Below, piece by piece: positions 1 through 9,745 of a stretch of DNA of 56,812 nucleotides. The position numbers and the translations under genes were made by a program. The notes under the pieces are model-generated. The model made no database searches and had not been told where the DNA came from. It saw only the letters and a program-made list of their open reading frames with translations. Numbering within the stretch: the first letter of the stretch is position 1; the number at the start of each line of letters is the position of its first letter. The stretch is from Candidatus Saccharimonadota bacterium (lineage in GTDB: Bacteria; Patescibacteriota; Saccharimonadia; Saccharimonadales; Saccharimonadaceae), in contig JAFWMC010000063.1 of the NCBI GenBank assembly GCA_017510805.1, forward strand, positions 1-56,812, given 5' to 3'.

Positions 1-380
1 AGCGCCACTACCAAACCCACCACGCCGTATAAAATCGTCTCTTTGCCAGACTTTACCTTATCAGCCGAGCCTTCCGATGTTACTAGCTTAAAGCCACCAT
101 AAATAATCATTATTACCGCAACAATACCAATCACACCTAGTAGCACATTAATAATTGTATTTATTGTTGTCCAGATCCCGTTACCCTTCTGATCTAACTG
201 AGTTTCATCCATATTACAAAGCGCATAGTTATCCAGACTTGCTCCGGCATTCTTTGATCCTGGCGGACAAGTCACCGCATCCGCTACATTTGGCACCATT
301 ACTGTCGCAGTCGCCATAGTCACTACCGCCAAAGCGCCCATCAGCCCCGTCGCTAGTTTGTTTTTAATGTTAGTTTTCAT
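1..380 (-). CDS. VirB2/T4SS-pilin-like protein (3'-truncated by the window edge; not in the ORF track)
   Basis: Translated by hand from ATG at 380: MKTNIKNKLATGLMGALAVVTMATATVMVPNVADAVTCPPG...ALC...INTIINVLLGVIGIVAVIMIIYGGFKLVTSEGSADKVKSGKETILYGVVGLVVA. It has the same core as the neighbouring pilins, with an AAGGAG SD upstream. Confidence 0.88.
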   Translation of the reverse strand, partial: MKTNIKNKLATGLMGALAVVTMATATVMVPNVADAVTCPPGSKNAGASLDNYALCNMDETQLDQKGNGIWTTINTIINVLLGVIGIVAVIMIIYGGFKLVTSEGSADKVKSGKETILYGVVGLVVA

Positions 381-438
381 AATTAGCTTTTACTCCTTAT
401 ACCTCTATTATACTACACTTTTTAGAAAAACAACAAGT

Positions 439-840
439 TTATATTGCTGCCAGGATAAAATTCACAATTGCCCAAGCCAACAGGGCAATAACCAGACCCA
501 TCACCCCAGCAAAAATTGCCATTTTTCCTGTTTTTACCTTACCTGGATCGCCCTGTGATAATACCATTTGCGCACCACCATAAATCACCACCAACACCGC
601 CACAATGCCCAGTATCGCTATCAATACCCCTACTATCGTCGTTACTACTGAATTTACATCTTGCGCATTCTCACCACTATTTTTTGCCACATTACAATCT
701 GCCGCACTAGCCACATCATCCCCAGCCCTCAGAGAGCCTTCCTCACAAGTAATTGCCATAGCTGGCCTACCCAAGCAACCTATAGCCCCCACCATCATCC
801 CCACCAACATCATCATTCTGATTTTTCGTCCGATAGACAT
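439..840 (-). CDS. VirB2/T4SS-pilin-like protein
   Basis: Signal peptide, Cys pair, then a hydrophobic hairpin with IYGG...SQGDPGKVKTGK...GLVI. Confidence 0.85.
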   Translation of the reverse strand: MSIGRKIRMMMLVGMMVGAIGCLGRPAMAITCEEGSLRAGDDVASAADCNVAKNSGENAQDVNSVVTTIVGVLIAILGIVAVLVVIYGGAQMVLSQGDPGKVKTGKMAIFAGVMGLVIALLAWAIVNFILAAI

Positions 841-876
841 AAAATCCTTTCACTTTTCTTTCTCTTATTATACCAC

Positions 877-906
877 AAAAAAACGGGCTCCCCGAAAGGA
901 GCCCGT
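877..906 (-). terminator. Rho-independent terminator after the pilin at 916-1308
   Basis: Perfect 9-bp stem ACGGGCTCC/GGAGCCCGT (883-891, 898-906) with a 6-nt loop, followed by a T-tract on the minus strand. Confidence 0.9.
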
Positions 907-915
907 CTGGCCTAT

Positions 916-1308
916 TTATTTGAAAATATTACCGAGCACAAAGTTGACGATCGCAAATGCTAGAAGCGCTACTATTAGACCGATAATGCCATACATAATA
1001 GTATCCTTAGCAGACTTTACTTTGTCTGCTGCCCCAGCAGATGTCGTGTATTGTATACCACCATAAATCACCATTACTACGGCCAAGAAGCCTACCACAC
1101 CAATCACTACATTAATAATGGTATTTAACACTTGCATCAAATTATTCTGGTTGTTCTCATTTCTGATAGATGAACAGTTGCTCAAATCCGAAGCAGTAGT
1201 GCCATCAGGACAGAACACCGTCGTAGCAGATACTGGTGCTGCTACACCCAAAGCCCCAGCCGCCACTAAAGCTGCGCTCATTACTAAAGTTTTTACCTTA
1301 TTTGTCAT
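916..1308 (-). CDS. VirB2/T4SS-pilin-like protein, candidate major pilin
   Basis: Core IYGGIQYTTSAGAADKVKSAKDTIMYGIIGLIVALLAFAIVNFV. It has its own consensus promoter, SD and terminator. Confidence 0.9.
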   Translation of the reverse strand: MTNKVKTLVMSAALVAAGALGVAAPVSATTVFCPDGTTASDLSNCSSIRNENNQNNLMQVLNTIINVVIGVVGFLAVVMVIYGGIQYTTSAGAADKVKSAKDTIMYGIIGLIVALLAFAIVNFVLGNIFK

Positions 1309-1343
1309 GATTTATCTTCCTTTTTGATAATTTACTTACCGTA

Positions 1344-1372
1344 ATTATATCACATCTACTTTCAAAATACAA
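1344..1372 (-). promoter_or_regulatory. Sigma70 promoter of the pilin at 916-1308
   Basis: TTGTAT-17 nt-TATAAT with extended TG on the minus strand. Confidence 0.75.
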
Positions 1373-1389
1373 GGCTAAATGCACGCTTT

Positions 1390-1815
1390 CTAGCCAGTTT
1401 CAGCACTACCCTTAGCGTCCAAAGTTGGCACGCTAGCTACCACTACCTGAACTATCCCCCAAGCCATCACCGCCACTATTAAAGCAATTACCGCATACAA
1501 GATCATGTTCTTTGCTTGAGTCATCTTGCCGGGTTCTCCCAGGCTTGTCGCATACATTATTCCTGCAATCACAATTACTACTACCGCTATCAATCCTATT
1601 ACTGCTATTACGGTATTAATCAAATTAATCGCCGTATTTGACAATGCACCCTCTTTTACTTCACATCCGGCTTGTTTCCTTAAATCCTCAGGGATATTAT
1701 CATCGCTACATACATTCTTCGCACCACCCTCTTCCGCCATCACTCGCGCCGGCAGGGAAATACTAGTAATCCCCATCATCGCCACCATCACTACTAATAC
1801 CATTAACTTTTTCAT
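1390..1815 (-). CDS. VirB2/T4SS-pilin-like protein
   Basis: Signal peptide, Cys pair, AGIMYATSLGEPGKMTQAKNMILYAVI core. Confidence 0.85.
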   Translation of the reverse strand: MKKLMVLVVMVAMMGITSISLPARVMAEEGGAKNVCSDDNIPEDLRKQAGCEVKEGALSNTAINLINTVIAVIGLIAVVVIVIAGIMYATSLGEPGKMTQAKNMILYAVIALIVAVMAWGIVQVVVASVPTLDAKGSAETG

Positions 1816-2120
1816 TTTTGCGCCTCTCCTACTGTGGTAAAAATAATATTCGTTAAAAGTGTTGCAATCAATATTATTCCTAGCCCTATTACCGAAAATA
1901 AAATACCTTGTGTAGCCTTTTTAGTTGTGCCAGGTTCACCATGCGAAGTCAAATATACTACTGCATTATAAATAATTGTCACTACTGCCACCATCCCCAT
2001 AATTGTATAGACATAATTTAGTATTGTCTGCAACTGAAATTCACCTGTCGGCAAATTCTGTACCCCCCCTTTTAACTCGTTTGCTACATCTAACTTTCCA
2101 TCGGCAAATATCTCAAACAT
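1812..2120 (-). CDS. Short VirB2/T4SS-pilin-like protein
   Basis: YLTSHGEPGTTKKATQGILFSVIGLGI core. No evident signal peptide and no Cys. Confidence 0.8.
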   Translation of the reverse strand: MFEIFADGKLDVANELKGGVQNLPTGEFQLQTILNYVYTIMGMVAVVTIIYNAVVYLTSHGEPGTTKKATQGILFSVIGLGIILIATLLTNIIFTTVGEAQK

Positions 2121-2130
2121 CTTCCTCCTT

Positions 2131-2586
2131 TTACCTGCTTAATAGAATTGTTGATATTAAATTCGTAATTAATGTAGACAGCAACGCCACCCCTGTTCCT
2201 AATACTGCCGCTTGAATTGTCTTTTTGCCCCTAGCCACTAGTGCTGGATCACCACCAGAACGCAAATACCAGTATCCGCCATATATAATAAATCCCGTTG
2301 ATACTACCCCTAGAATTGCAAACATATCAAACAAAATGTTTAAAACTATTACCCATACAAATGTCGCTTCTGCGTCCTTATTTGGTGTACCTACCACGCA
2401 CCTACCATCTCCATCCTTAGTCACCAAACCAGCATACCACGGCTTCATCCCAAAGAGATTTTTTTCACATTCTTCCGCTGTTTCTTGCGTAATAATACCT
2501 TCATCTGCATAGGCCTCTCCTACCCCAACCGCCCCCGCAAAAAACATCACCATCATCACAACCAAAGCAACTATACTCTTTTTCAT
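2131..2586 (-). CDS. VirB2/T4SS-pilin-like protein
   Basis: Signal peptide, C...FGMKPWY...C segment, IYGGYWYLRSGGDPALVARGKKTIQAAVLG core. Confidence 0.82.
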   Translation of the reverse strand: MKKSIVALVVMMVMFFAGAVGVGEAYADEGIITQETAEECEKNLFGMKPWYAGLVTKDGDGRCVVGTPNKDAEATFVWVIVLNILFDMFAILGVVSTGFIIYGGYWYLRSGGDPALVARGKKTIQAAVLGTGVALLSTLITNLISTILLSR

Positions 2587-2623
2587 GTCTTTATTATATC
2601 ATGCATTAAGATAAAAGAGAACT

Positions 2624-2637
2624 TTTAGGCGCCAAGA
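2624..2637. promoter_or_regulatory. Near-palindromic operator-like motif between the divergent pilin and VirB6-like promoters
   Basis: TTTAGGCGCCAAGA. The same 12-mer TAGGCGCCAAGA recurs at 16335-16346. Confidence 0.5.
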
Positions 2638-2656
2638 CGAAAATACTCCATAACAC

Positions 2657-2685
2657 TTGAAAAAATAACGCTTATGTGATATAAT
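2657..2685 (+). promoter_or_regulatory. Sigma70 promoter of the VirB6-like gene
   Basis: TTGAAA-17 nt-TATAAT with extended TG. Confidence 0.75.
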
Positions 2686-2712
2686 AAGAAGAAGTACATA
2701 AGAGTAATCCAT

Positions 2713-5700
2713 ATGGGAAAGAAAAACTTTTTACAGAGGTTAATCATTCTGCCCATATTAGGGCTTCTTTTTGCAACTTTTTCTGGCCTCATCAATCCAT
2801 TACCAGCCTATGCCGAGCCAGAAACATCATCAAACAACACTTTTGTCGAGAATCTCGTCGGCCCCACCGAGGAAACTCAATCCACTACCCAGGAAACAGA
2901 CAAAGAAAAGAGTGCTTTTCTTGAAAATCTCACTGGCCCCACCGAGGAATCTAGCTCAAATGAAAAGTCCTTAAAAACCACCACAGAAGAGGAAGAAACG
3001 CCAGATTGTTACGAAGTAGTCGGTGGGCTTGGCTGGATTATCTGTCCTGTAGTATCTGTCATTTCTAGCGGCGTAGACGCTCTTTATGGTATCATCAATA
3101 ATTTTCTCGCTATTGAACCTATCACTTTCAATGAAAATTCTTCTACCTATATCGTCTGGGCCATTGCTCGGGACATTGCCAATATCGTCTTTATCATCCT
3201 TATTCTCGTAGTTATCTTCTCTCAAGTCACTGGTATTGGCTTTGATAATTATAACATCAAAAAGACCCTCCCCCGTATCATTATTGCAACCATACTTGTC
3301 AACTTGTCTTTCCTTATTTGCTCCCTTGCCGTAGATAGTAGCAATATTATTGGCGCTAGCGTCAAAGGTCTATTTGATTCCATCGCCAATACCGTCAAAC
3401 AAAATAGCACTGAACTCACCGGCGAATTATCTTGGGCTGCCATAGTTGGCCAAATCATCGGCACTATCGGCACTGGTGCTGGTGCTACCGCCATCGCCGG
3501 CGGAGCTATCGCCCTATCTGGCGGCCTCGGCCACTTTATCTGGCTCCTCATCCCCGTCGTCCTTGGTGCAATTATCTCTCTAGCTATTGGCGTCTTTACT
3601 ATTGCTCTCCGCCAAGCGGTCGTTTCGCTCCTAGTCATGCTAGCGCCTCTAGCATTTGTTGCTTACCTCCTTCCAAACACCGAAGGTTGGTTTAAAAAAT
3701 GGAAAGATATCCTTATCCAAATGCTCATTTTCTTCCCAATGTTTGCCGCTCTTTATGGCGCCTCCAATCTAGCCGGCTGGACTTTTATCACTAACGGCGT
3801 TCATAATGGTAGCGTTATGGAAATAATCGTCGGTATGGCTATTCAAGTTTTTCCTCTAATTATGAGCTTTAAACTTCTTCAAATGTCTGATACTGTCCTT
3901 GGCAAAGTCAACGAAACTCTTACTAAATGGTCTCAGCCAGCCCAAAACGCCCTCAAAAACTTCTCTATTACCCAAGCCGCTACCGCCAAAGCCAAATACG
4001 ACGCCAACAATCTCTCTCGTAAATATACCGGCATCAACTCCATCAATCCCGCTCGTCTACGTTCATTTGCTGCTCGTCGCCAACACGAAATAGAAGAAAA
4101 TCGCAAACAAGCCGAAGAGCGCCGCCAATCTATCCTTAGTGCCTACACCTACGCCAGGCAAATGAATAAGCAAATTGAATTTGATCAAAACGGTCGCCTC
4201 ACCATGTCCCAAGACACCAAAACCAATGGTATGACCGAAGCTATGCGTCTTGCCATGCAAAATAAAGAAGCCGGCCTCAATCTCTCCGGCCTTCAACTAG
4301 AACGCGATAATGCCCTCAATCAGGCTGGAACCTATGCCACGAATAACAATATCCAGAGTACCGAACTCCGAAATATCGTCAGCCGCCAAGCCGATAACTG
4401 GCTTGACTATAAAACTCAAACTAACGCCAAACGCCGTAATAATCTCGGCGACGAACAATTTTACGCCCAATCCATACTTAATGCTAGCAAACGCGATGAA
4501 AAGGGTAACCTTATCAATCCTGATGCTTACAAAAAACTTGTGGTCCACGGTGGCGGCATGGAAGCCATCACCAACTACGCAGCTGGCAATTTCAATAATA
4601 ATGCCACTGCCTCTGTTATCGCCAATGCCTACGACCTCACCGAGGCTGAACGCCAAAACGAGATGAAACGCTTTACAACTTACCTTAATACCCAGGCTAC
4701 TAAATCTGTTGAAGATTCTATAGATTCCGCCATCAAATCCAACGACGTTAATAACCTTATCGCCGGCCTTGAAACTCTCGATGTTCGTGGTGATGACGAT
4801 CTCGTTGAAAAATATGTCCGCAAATACCTCAATACTGGACAGCTTAAATACGGTACTGAAGATGCTAATAATTTCGCCAAGAGTATCATGATGATGAAAA
4901 AAGTTCCAGAAATTCGTCGCCTTGGCAAATTTATCAATGTTGAAACTCGTCGCTTTACCAACGGTAAACGTGGTGAACTTGCCAAAGTTGACGCTAACCT
5001 TGCCAATGTTACCTATGACGAATACGTTACTGGTTCCCTTGAATATATTGATGCTAATGGTGACAAACAAATCTATACACCAAAATATGATATTGTATCT
5101 ACCCTTGAAGGCACATCCCATAAAGAACTTGAACGTACTGCCATGCAAGCCCTTATTCAAGCTGAGTACGAAGTTGGTGGCCCAGGCGGCGTTGGCATTA
5201 AACGTATTCGCCAAATTGACAGTAAAATTATGCCGCAGCTTGTCTCCGCCATCCCTACTTTTGATTCTGGCAGCGAAAACCTTATTTCTGTCATTAGCTA
5301 TCTTACTGGTATGGGTATCGATAAAAATGGTAACTGGTCCAGCAAAGTCCGTACCGACAATCCTGAAGATCTCCGTAAAAATGTTGATTTTCGCGAATTT
5401 GCCTACCGCACCCGACAATATCTCAGTGCCTTTACCGCCAATGATCTAGTCTCCATGAAATCCGACATGTTTGCCGCCGTCAAAGCCGTTTTCTCTGAAG
5501 AATACCAAATGCGTAAAAATAACGGGGAACATCTCTCTGTCGCCGATGTTAATGAATATATCAAGACAGAGTTTAAAAAGATCTTCACTAAAGATAGTAA
5601 TATCTACAGCGACTATCTTACTGGTGAAACTAGAAATGGTTCCGGCGTTCTTGATCAGCTCATGCGTGGCGACCCAAGCGCCTACAATGGTATGAAAAAC

Positions 5701-5730
5701 CCAATCCGCGATATTCTTGACCTATCATAA
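2713..5730 (+). CDS. VirB6/TrbL-like polytopic T4SS membrane protein with a very long soluble C-terminal extension
   Basis: Signal peptide, C...GWIICP, W...RDIAN, KKTLPRIIIATILVNLSF, a Gly-rich TM stretch and RQAVVSLLVMLAPLAFVAYLLPNTEGWFKKW. It lies between the pilins and PrgI/VirB4. Confidence 0.75.
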   Translation: MGKKNFLQRLIILPILGLLFATFSGLINPLPAYAEPETSSNNTFVENLVGPTEETQSTTQETDKEKSAFLENLTGPTEESSSNEKSLKTTTEEEETPDCYEVVGGLGWIICPVVSVISSGVDALYGIINNFLAIEPITFNENSSTYIVWAIARDIANIVFIILILVVIFSQVTGIGFDNYNIKKTLPRIIIATILVNLSFLICSLAVDSSNIIGASVKGLFDSIANTVKQNSTELTGELSWAAIVGQIIGTIGTGAGATAIAGGAIALSGGLGHFIWLLIPVVLGAIISLAIGVFTIALRQAVVSLLVMLAPLAFVAYLLPNTEGWFKKWKDILIQMLIFFPMFAALYGASNLAGWTFITNGVHNGSVMEIIVGMAIQVFPLIMSFKLLQMSDTVLGKVNETLTKWSQPAQNALKNFSITQAATAKAKYDANNLSRKYTGINSINPARLRSFAARRQHEIEENRKQAEERRQSILSAYTYARQMNKQIEFDQNGRLTMSQDTKTNGMTEAMRLAMQNKEAGLNLSGLQLERDNALNQAGTYATNNNIQSTELRNIVSRQADNWLDYKTQTNAKRRNNLGDEQFYAQSILNASKRDEKGNLINPDAYKKLVVHGGGMEAITNYAAGNFNNNATASVIANAYDLTEAERQNEMKRFTTYLNTQATKSVEDSIDSAIKSNDVNNLIAGLETLDVRGDDDLVEKYVRKYLNTGQLKYGTEDANNFAKSIMMMKKVPEIRRLGKFINVETRRFTNGKRGELAKVDANLANVTYDEYVTGSLEYIDANGDKQIYTPKYDIVSTLEGTSHKELERTAMQALIQAEYEVGGPGGVGIKRIRQIDSKIMPQLVSAIPTFDSGSENLISVISYLTGMGIDKNGNWSSKVRTDNPEDLRKNVDFREFAYRTRQYLSAFTANDLVSMKSDMFAAVKAVFSEEYQMRKNNGEHLSVADVNEYIKTEFKKIFTKDSNIYSDYLTGETRNGSGVLDQLMRGDPSAYNGMKNPIRDILDLS
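2848..2948 (+). repeat. Internal direct repeat in the VirB6-like N-terminus, 75-bp period
   Basis: GAGAATCTCGTCGGCCCCACCGAGGA and GAAAATCTCACTGGCCCCACCGAGGA, encoding ENLVGPTEE and ENLTGPTEE. Confidence 0.75.
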
Positions 5731-5796
5731 TAATTACCCACAAATAAACATAAACACTATCAAAATCTATCCATAAATGCTATAATATAATTATCT

Positions 5797-6768
5797 ATGG
5801 CTCAATATAAGGTCCCACAGGATGTTGAGGCGGAGGATAAATTACTCGGACCATTTACCTTCCGACAATTTATCTATCTGATTGTTGCTGCCGGCTCAGC
5901 AGCTCTAGCTTATGCACTCTTTCAATTTTTCCCACTACTTGGTATCCTACCAATCCCACTCTTTATCTTCTTTAGCGTCTTAGCTTTACCTCTTAAAAAA
6001 GATCAGCCCATGGAAACTTATCTCGCCGCCATTGTTTCTTTCTATCTTAAACCTAGAAAACGTATCTGGACCCCCGGCGAAGAAGAGTCTACCATTGAAA
6101 TTACCGCACCTAAAAAAACCGAAAAACCTCGTGCTCGTAATATTACCGAGGAAGAAGCTGGTCATCGCCTCTCCTTCCTTGCAGATCTCGTAGATACCGA
6201 AGGCCAATCTATTCGCAACGTTGATACTGCTGTCCGCGACGAATATATTGCTGAAGCTAACGCCATTCCTGATATTATGGATATTGGCACTAGCCGTACA
6301 AACCTCAATCAAATGATTAATCGCGAAGAAGAAGATCGTAAAAAAGAAGCCATTGAGCAACTCCGTCAGGCAATGAGCCGAAATACCAATCTAGAACAGG
6401 GAAATATTAATCCTGTCCACGAGCAAACTATCGCGCCACCCACCAAACCTTCCACTCCTACCTTACCAAATCTCACTCCCACCCCTCCGATCAATACCGC
6501 TGAAAAAGTCATGTACGCCGCCCCTACTCCACCACCATCTGCCGCTCCGCCTCAGCCCACTCCTGCTCCTCAAGGTCCTAAACTTATCACCGATTCACCA
6601 GTAGTTGTACAGCCAGATTTAAGCCATCAAAACAAACCTTCCGCCACCAAAAAAGCCGCTCTTAAAAATCTCGCCGCCAACAAAGACTATTCTATTGAAA
6701 CTCTCGCTAAAGAAGCCAAACGTCTAGAAAAACAAAAAGATAACGAAGTATACATATCATTACATTAA
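5797..6768 (+). CDS. PrgI-family (VirB3-like) T4SS protein with a Pro-rich C-terminal tail
   Basis: MAQYKVPQDVEAEDKLLGPFTFRQF N-terminus, two TM segments, P.KRIW motif. Confidence 0.85.
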   Translation: MAQYKVPQDVEAEDKLLGPFTFRQFIYLIVAAGSAALAYALFQFFPLLGILPIPLFIFFSVLALPLKKDQPMETYLAAIVSFYLKPRKRIWTPGEEESTIEITAPKKTEKPRARNITEEEAGHRLSFLADLVDTEGQSIRNVDTAVRDEYIAEANAIPDIMDIGTSRTNLNQMINREEEDRKKEAIEQLRQAMSRNTNLEQGNINPVHEQTIAPPTKPSTPTLPNLTPTPPINTAEKVMYAAPTPPPSAAPPQPTPAPQGPKLITDSPVVVQPDLSHQNKPSATKKAALKNLAANKDYSIETLAKEAKRLEKQKDNEVYISLH

Positions 6769-6776
6769 GGAGCCAA

Positions 6777-7865
6777 ATGGAAGATAATCAAACTCAACAA
6801 CCAATTCAACAACCACCAATTAATCAGCCTACACCTCAGCCTAATACTACTGGCCCCATTGTTAATCCAGCTTTTTCTGGCATCCCTTTTCAGCCCACCG
6901 CCGAACAACTCGGCACACTTAGCCCCATTGATCCTAGCCAATTCATCGCTGGTGACGATCCCACCATGGCTGCTCCCGCCCCCCAACCGACTCCACAGCC
7001 TCAGCCAGCTCCCCAGCCCGTCCCACAGCCTGTTCCAACTCCACAACCAGCTCCTCAACCCGTTCAAGTCCAGCCTGCTCCAGCCCCAACCCCTCAGCCT
7101 ACCCCACCACAACCAGCCCCTCAGCCTACTCCAGCCTCACAGCCAGCTAAACCAGCCACTCCTGCCCCCAAGCCACAATCACTCTCCACTCAGGCCAACC
7201 TTTTAATTTCCGAGCTCCGCGACGGTGTCGTCATCATGAAAGACGGCTCCTTCCGTGCTGTAATTGCTTGTAAATCCATCAACTTTGACCTCATGAGCGA
7301 GCAAGAAAGGGAGGGTGTAGAATATTCCTATCAAAACTTTATCAATTCACTTAATTTCACCACTCAAATCTTAGTCCGCTCCCAACGTATCGATATTGCC
7401 CCTTATCTTGAAAGATTAACCGAAATTCGTAAAAACACCGATAATATGCTTCTCGGTGTCCTTATGGACGACTATATCAATTTCATTGATATTCTTTCTC
7501 AAGAAGCTAATATCATGGACAAATCCTTCTTTATAATTGTTCCATACTACACTTCCGCTGATGCCGAAAAAGTCGTCCAACAAACCAAAAATCTTTTCAA
7601 ATCCTTCAGCAAGCAAAAGACTCCAGAAGTTACCAAAATAGACCGCAATACTTATGATCAGGCCCTCACCGAAATCAATAATCGTGTAGATGTTATTGTT
7701 TCTGGTCTATTCCAGATTGGTATCCACTCTGTTCGTCTTAATACTAAAGAATTATCCGAACTTTACTACAACTTTAACAATCCAGATACTGCCGTCCGCG
7801 AGCCATTCATTGATTTTTCAAAACTAGCCACAACCTACGTAAGGAAAGGAGATCAAAATGCCTAG
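6777..7865 (+). CDS. VirB4 N-terminal-like (TraC-like) T4SS protein with a Pro/Gln-rich N-terminus
   Basis: STQ..L.ISELRDGVVIMKDGSFRAVI...SINFDLMS..E motif; overlaps the start of virB4. Confidence 0.75.
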   Translation: MEDNQTQQPIQQPPINQPTPQPNTTGPIVNPAFSGIPFQPTAEQLGTLSPIDPSQFIAGDDPTMAAPAPQPTPQPQPAPQPVPQPVPTPQPAPQPVQVQPAPAPTPQPTPPQPAPQPTPASQPAKPATPAPKPQSLSTQANLLISELRDGVVIMKDGSFRAVIACKSINFDLMSEQEREGVEYSYQNFINSLNFTTQILVRSQRIDIAPYLERLTEIRKNTDNMLLGVLMDDYINFIDILSQEANIMDKSFFIIVPYYTSADAEKVVQQTKNLFKSFSKQKTPEVTKIDRNTYDQALTEINNRVDVIVSGLFQIGIHSVRLNTKELSELYYNFNNPDTAVREPFIDFSKLATTYVRKGDQNA

Positions 7866-9693
7866 AAAAAACAAACAGCCACAGCTTACTGCCGCCGAAA
7901 TAGCCGCCCAAGCCCAGGCTCACGAAGATGCAGAGGTTCAAGCCGCCTTTGAACAGGGAATCACCACCCTTCGCGACCTTATCTCCCCCAGTAGTATCGA
8001 AATTCACTCTGCCTATTTTCGCCTTGGCACCAAATATGGTCGCACTATTTACGTCTATGGCTACCCTCGCTCTCTTTATACTGGCTGGCTATCACCTCTT
8101 ATTAATATAGATGAAGTCCTCGATATTTCCATGTATATTTACCCAGTGGATACTACCGTAGTTATGAAAAACCTCCGTAAAAAAGTTACTCAATTGGAAG
8201 CTTCTATGGCCGTAAACTCCGAAAAGGGAAAAATCCGCGACCCAGAGCTAGAAGCCGCTATTACCGACGCCGAAGAGCTTCGCGACCAACTCCAAGTCGG
8301 TGCCGAAAAATTCTTCCGCTTTGGTCTCTATGTTACCCTCTGGGCAGATTCGCTAGACGAATTAAACTTTGTCCAAAACAAAGTTGAAACCATCTTTGGC
8401 CAACAGATGATCTTCAGTAAAGTTGCCAGCTCTCAGCAAGAGCAGGGAATGAATTCCACCATGCCTCAATGTACCGACCAGCTCCAAATCCGCCGCAACA
8501 TGAACACTGGCGCCATCTCTACCAGCTTCCCCTTCACTTCTGCCGACCTCACCCAGGAAAAAGGTATTCTCTATGGTGTTAATATGCATAATAACGGCCT
8601 TGTCATTTTTGATCGTTTCACCCTTGAAAATGCCAATATGGTCGTCTTTGCCAAATCTGGTGCTGGTAAATCTTTCACTGTTAAATTGGAAGCTCTCCGC
8701 TCCATGATGATTGGTACTGAAATCCTTATCATTGACCCAGAAAACGAATATCAAAAACTTTGTGACGCTGTTGGCGGGTCCTATATCCGCCTCTCCCTCA
8801 ATTCCGACGTCCGTATTAACCCATTTGATTTACCTAAAGTCATTGATGGTGAAGATGGCGAAGATGCTCTCCGTGCTAACCTTGTCACTCTTCACGGGCT
8901 TTTCCGCCTCATGCTTGGCGGCAACCAAATTGGGCCAAATGGCCAAGTCACCCCTGCTCTCACCGCTAACGAAGAAGCCGACTTAGACCAAGCCTTAATT
9001 GATACCTACGCTCGCGCCGGCATTACTTCCGACCCATTAACTCATCAATCCACTCCACCCACCATTGCCAATCTCTACGACACCCTCCTCCATATGGGCG
9101 GCACCGGGCCAGAGCTTGCTGGTCGTCTACGCAAATACACCACTGGTACCTTTGCTGGTATCTTCTCTCAACAGTCCAATGTAGACATCAATAATCAAAT
9201 GGTCGTCTTTAATATTCGCGATTTGGAAGACGAACTTCGCCCAGTTGCTATGTATATCGTTCTTAGCCACATCTGGAATGTCGTCCGTGCCAAACAAAAG
9301 AAACGCATGCTCATCGTCGATGAGGCTTGGCAACTTATGAAATATGATGATTCTGCCAACTTTCTCTTTAGTCTCGCCAAACGTGCTCGTAAATATTACC
9401 TTGGACTCACTACCATCACCCAAGATGTTGAAGATTTCATGAGTAGTAAAATGGGCCGCGCCATCGTCGCCAACTCTTCTATGCAACTCCTCTTAAAACA
9501 ATCTTCCTCCGCCGTAGATGTTCTTTCCGATGTCTTTAAACTTACCAATGAAGAAAAGAAACGCCTCAGCAACTTCCCAGTCGGCCAAGGCCTCTTCTTT
9601 GCCGGCCAAAACCACGTCCATATCCAAATCATCGCCTCCCAGACAGAAGAGTCCCTTATTAATACTAATCCTAACCGGGCAAATCCATCATAA
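7858..9693 (+). CDS. virB4: VirB4-family T4SS ATPase
   Basis: Walker A AKSGAGKS, IIDPENEY, INPFD, Walker B IVDEAW, RARKY, ITQDVEDF. Confidence 0.92.
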   Translation: MPRKNKQPQLTAAEIAAQAQAHEDAEVQAAFEQGITTLRDLISPSSIEIHSAYFRLGTKYGRTIYVYGYPRSLYTGWLSPLINIDEVLDISMYIYPVDTTVVMKNLRKKVTQLEASMAVNSEKGKIRDPELEAAITDAEELRDQLQVGAEKFFRFGLYVTLWADSLDELNFVQNKVETIFGQQMIFSKVASSQQEQGMNSTMPQCTDQLQIRRNMNTGAISTSFPFTSADLTQEKGILYGVNMHNNGLVIFDRFTLENANMVVFAKSGAGKSFTVKLEALRSMMIGTEILIIDPENEYQKLCDAVGGSYIRLSLNSDVRINPFDLPKVIDGEDGEDALRANLVTLHGLFRLMLGGNQIGPNGQVTPALTANEEADLDQALIDTYARAGITSDPLTHQSTPPTIANLYDTLLHMGGTGPELAGRLRKYTTGTFAGIFSQQSNVDINNQMVVFNIRDLEDELRPVAMYIVLSHIWNVVRAKQKKRMLIVDEAWQLMKYDDSANFLFSLAKRARKYYLGLTTITQDVEDFMSSKMGRAIVANSSMQLLLKQSSSAVDVLSDVFKLTNEEKKRLSNFPVGQGLFFAGQNHVHIQIIASQTEESLINTNPNRANPS

Positions 9694-9745
9694 GACTAAC
9701 CTTTATTATTTTACTATATTTTCATATAATGATATAATAATTAAT

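Noticed and set aside
4297-5418. 373-aa antisense ORF inside the VirB6-like gene
   Set aside because: It is a codon-register mirror of a strongly biased sense gene, with no recognisable motifs or expression signals; most likely a shadow ORF.
6960-7175. Repetitive CAGCC/CCAGC-rich DNA
   Set aside because: It encodes the PQP-rich linker. The units are irregular with no spacers, so it is neither a CRISPR array nor a discrete tandem repeat.
9518-9745. N-terminal extension of the 691-aa ORF overlapping virB4
   Set aside because: The signal peptide and a -10 box point to ATG 9746; the extension is incidental open frame.
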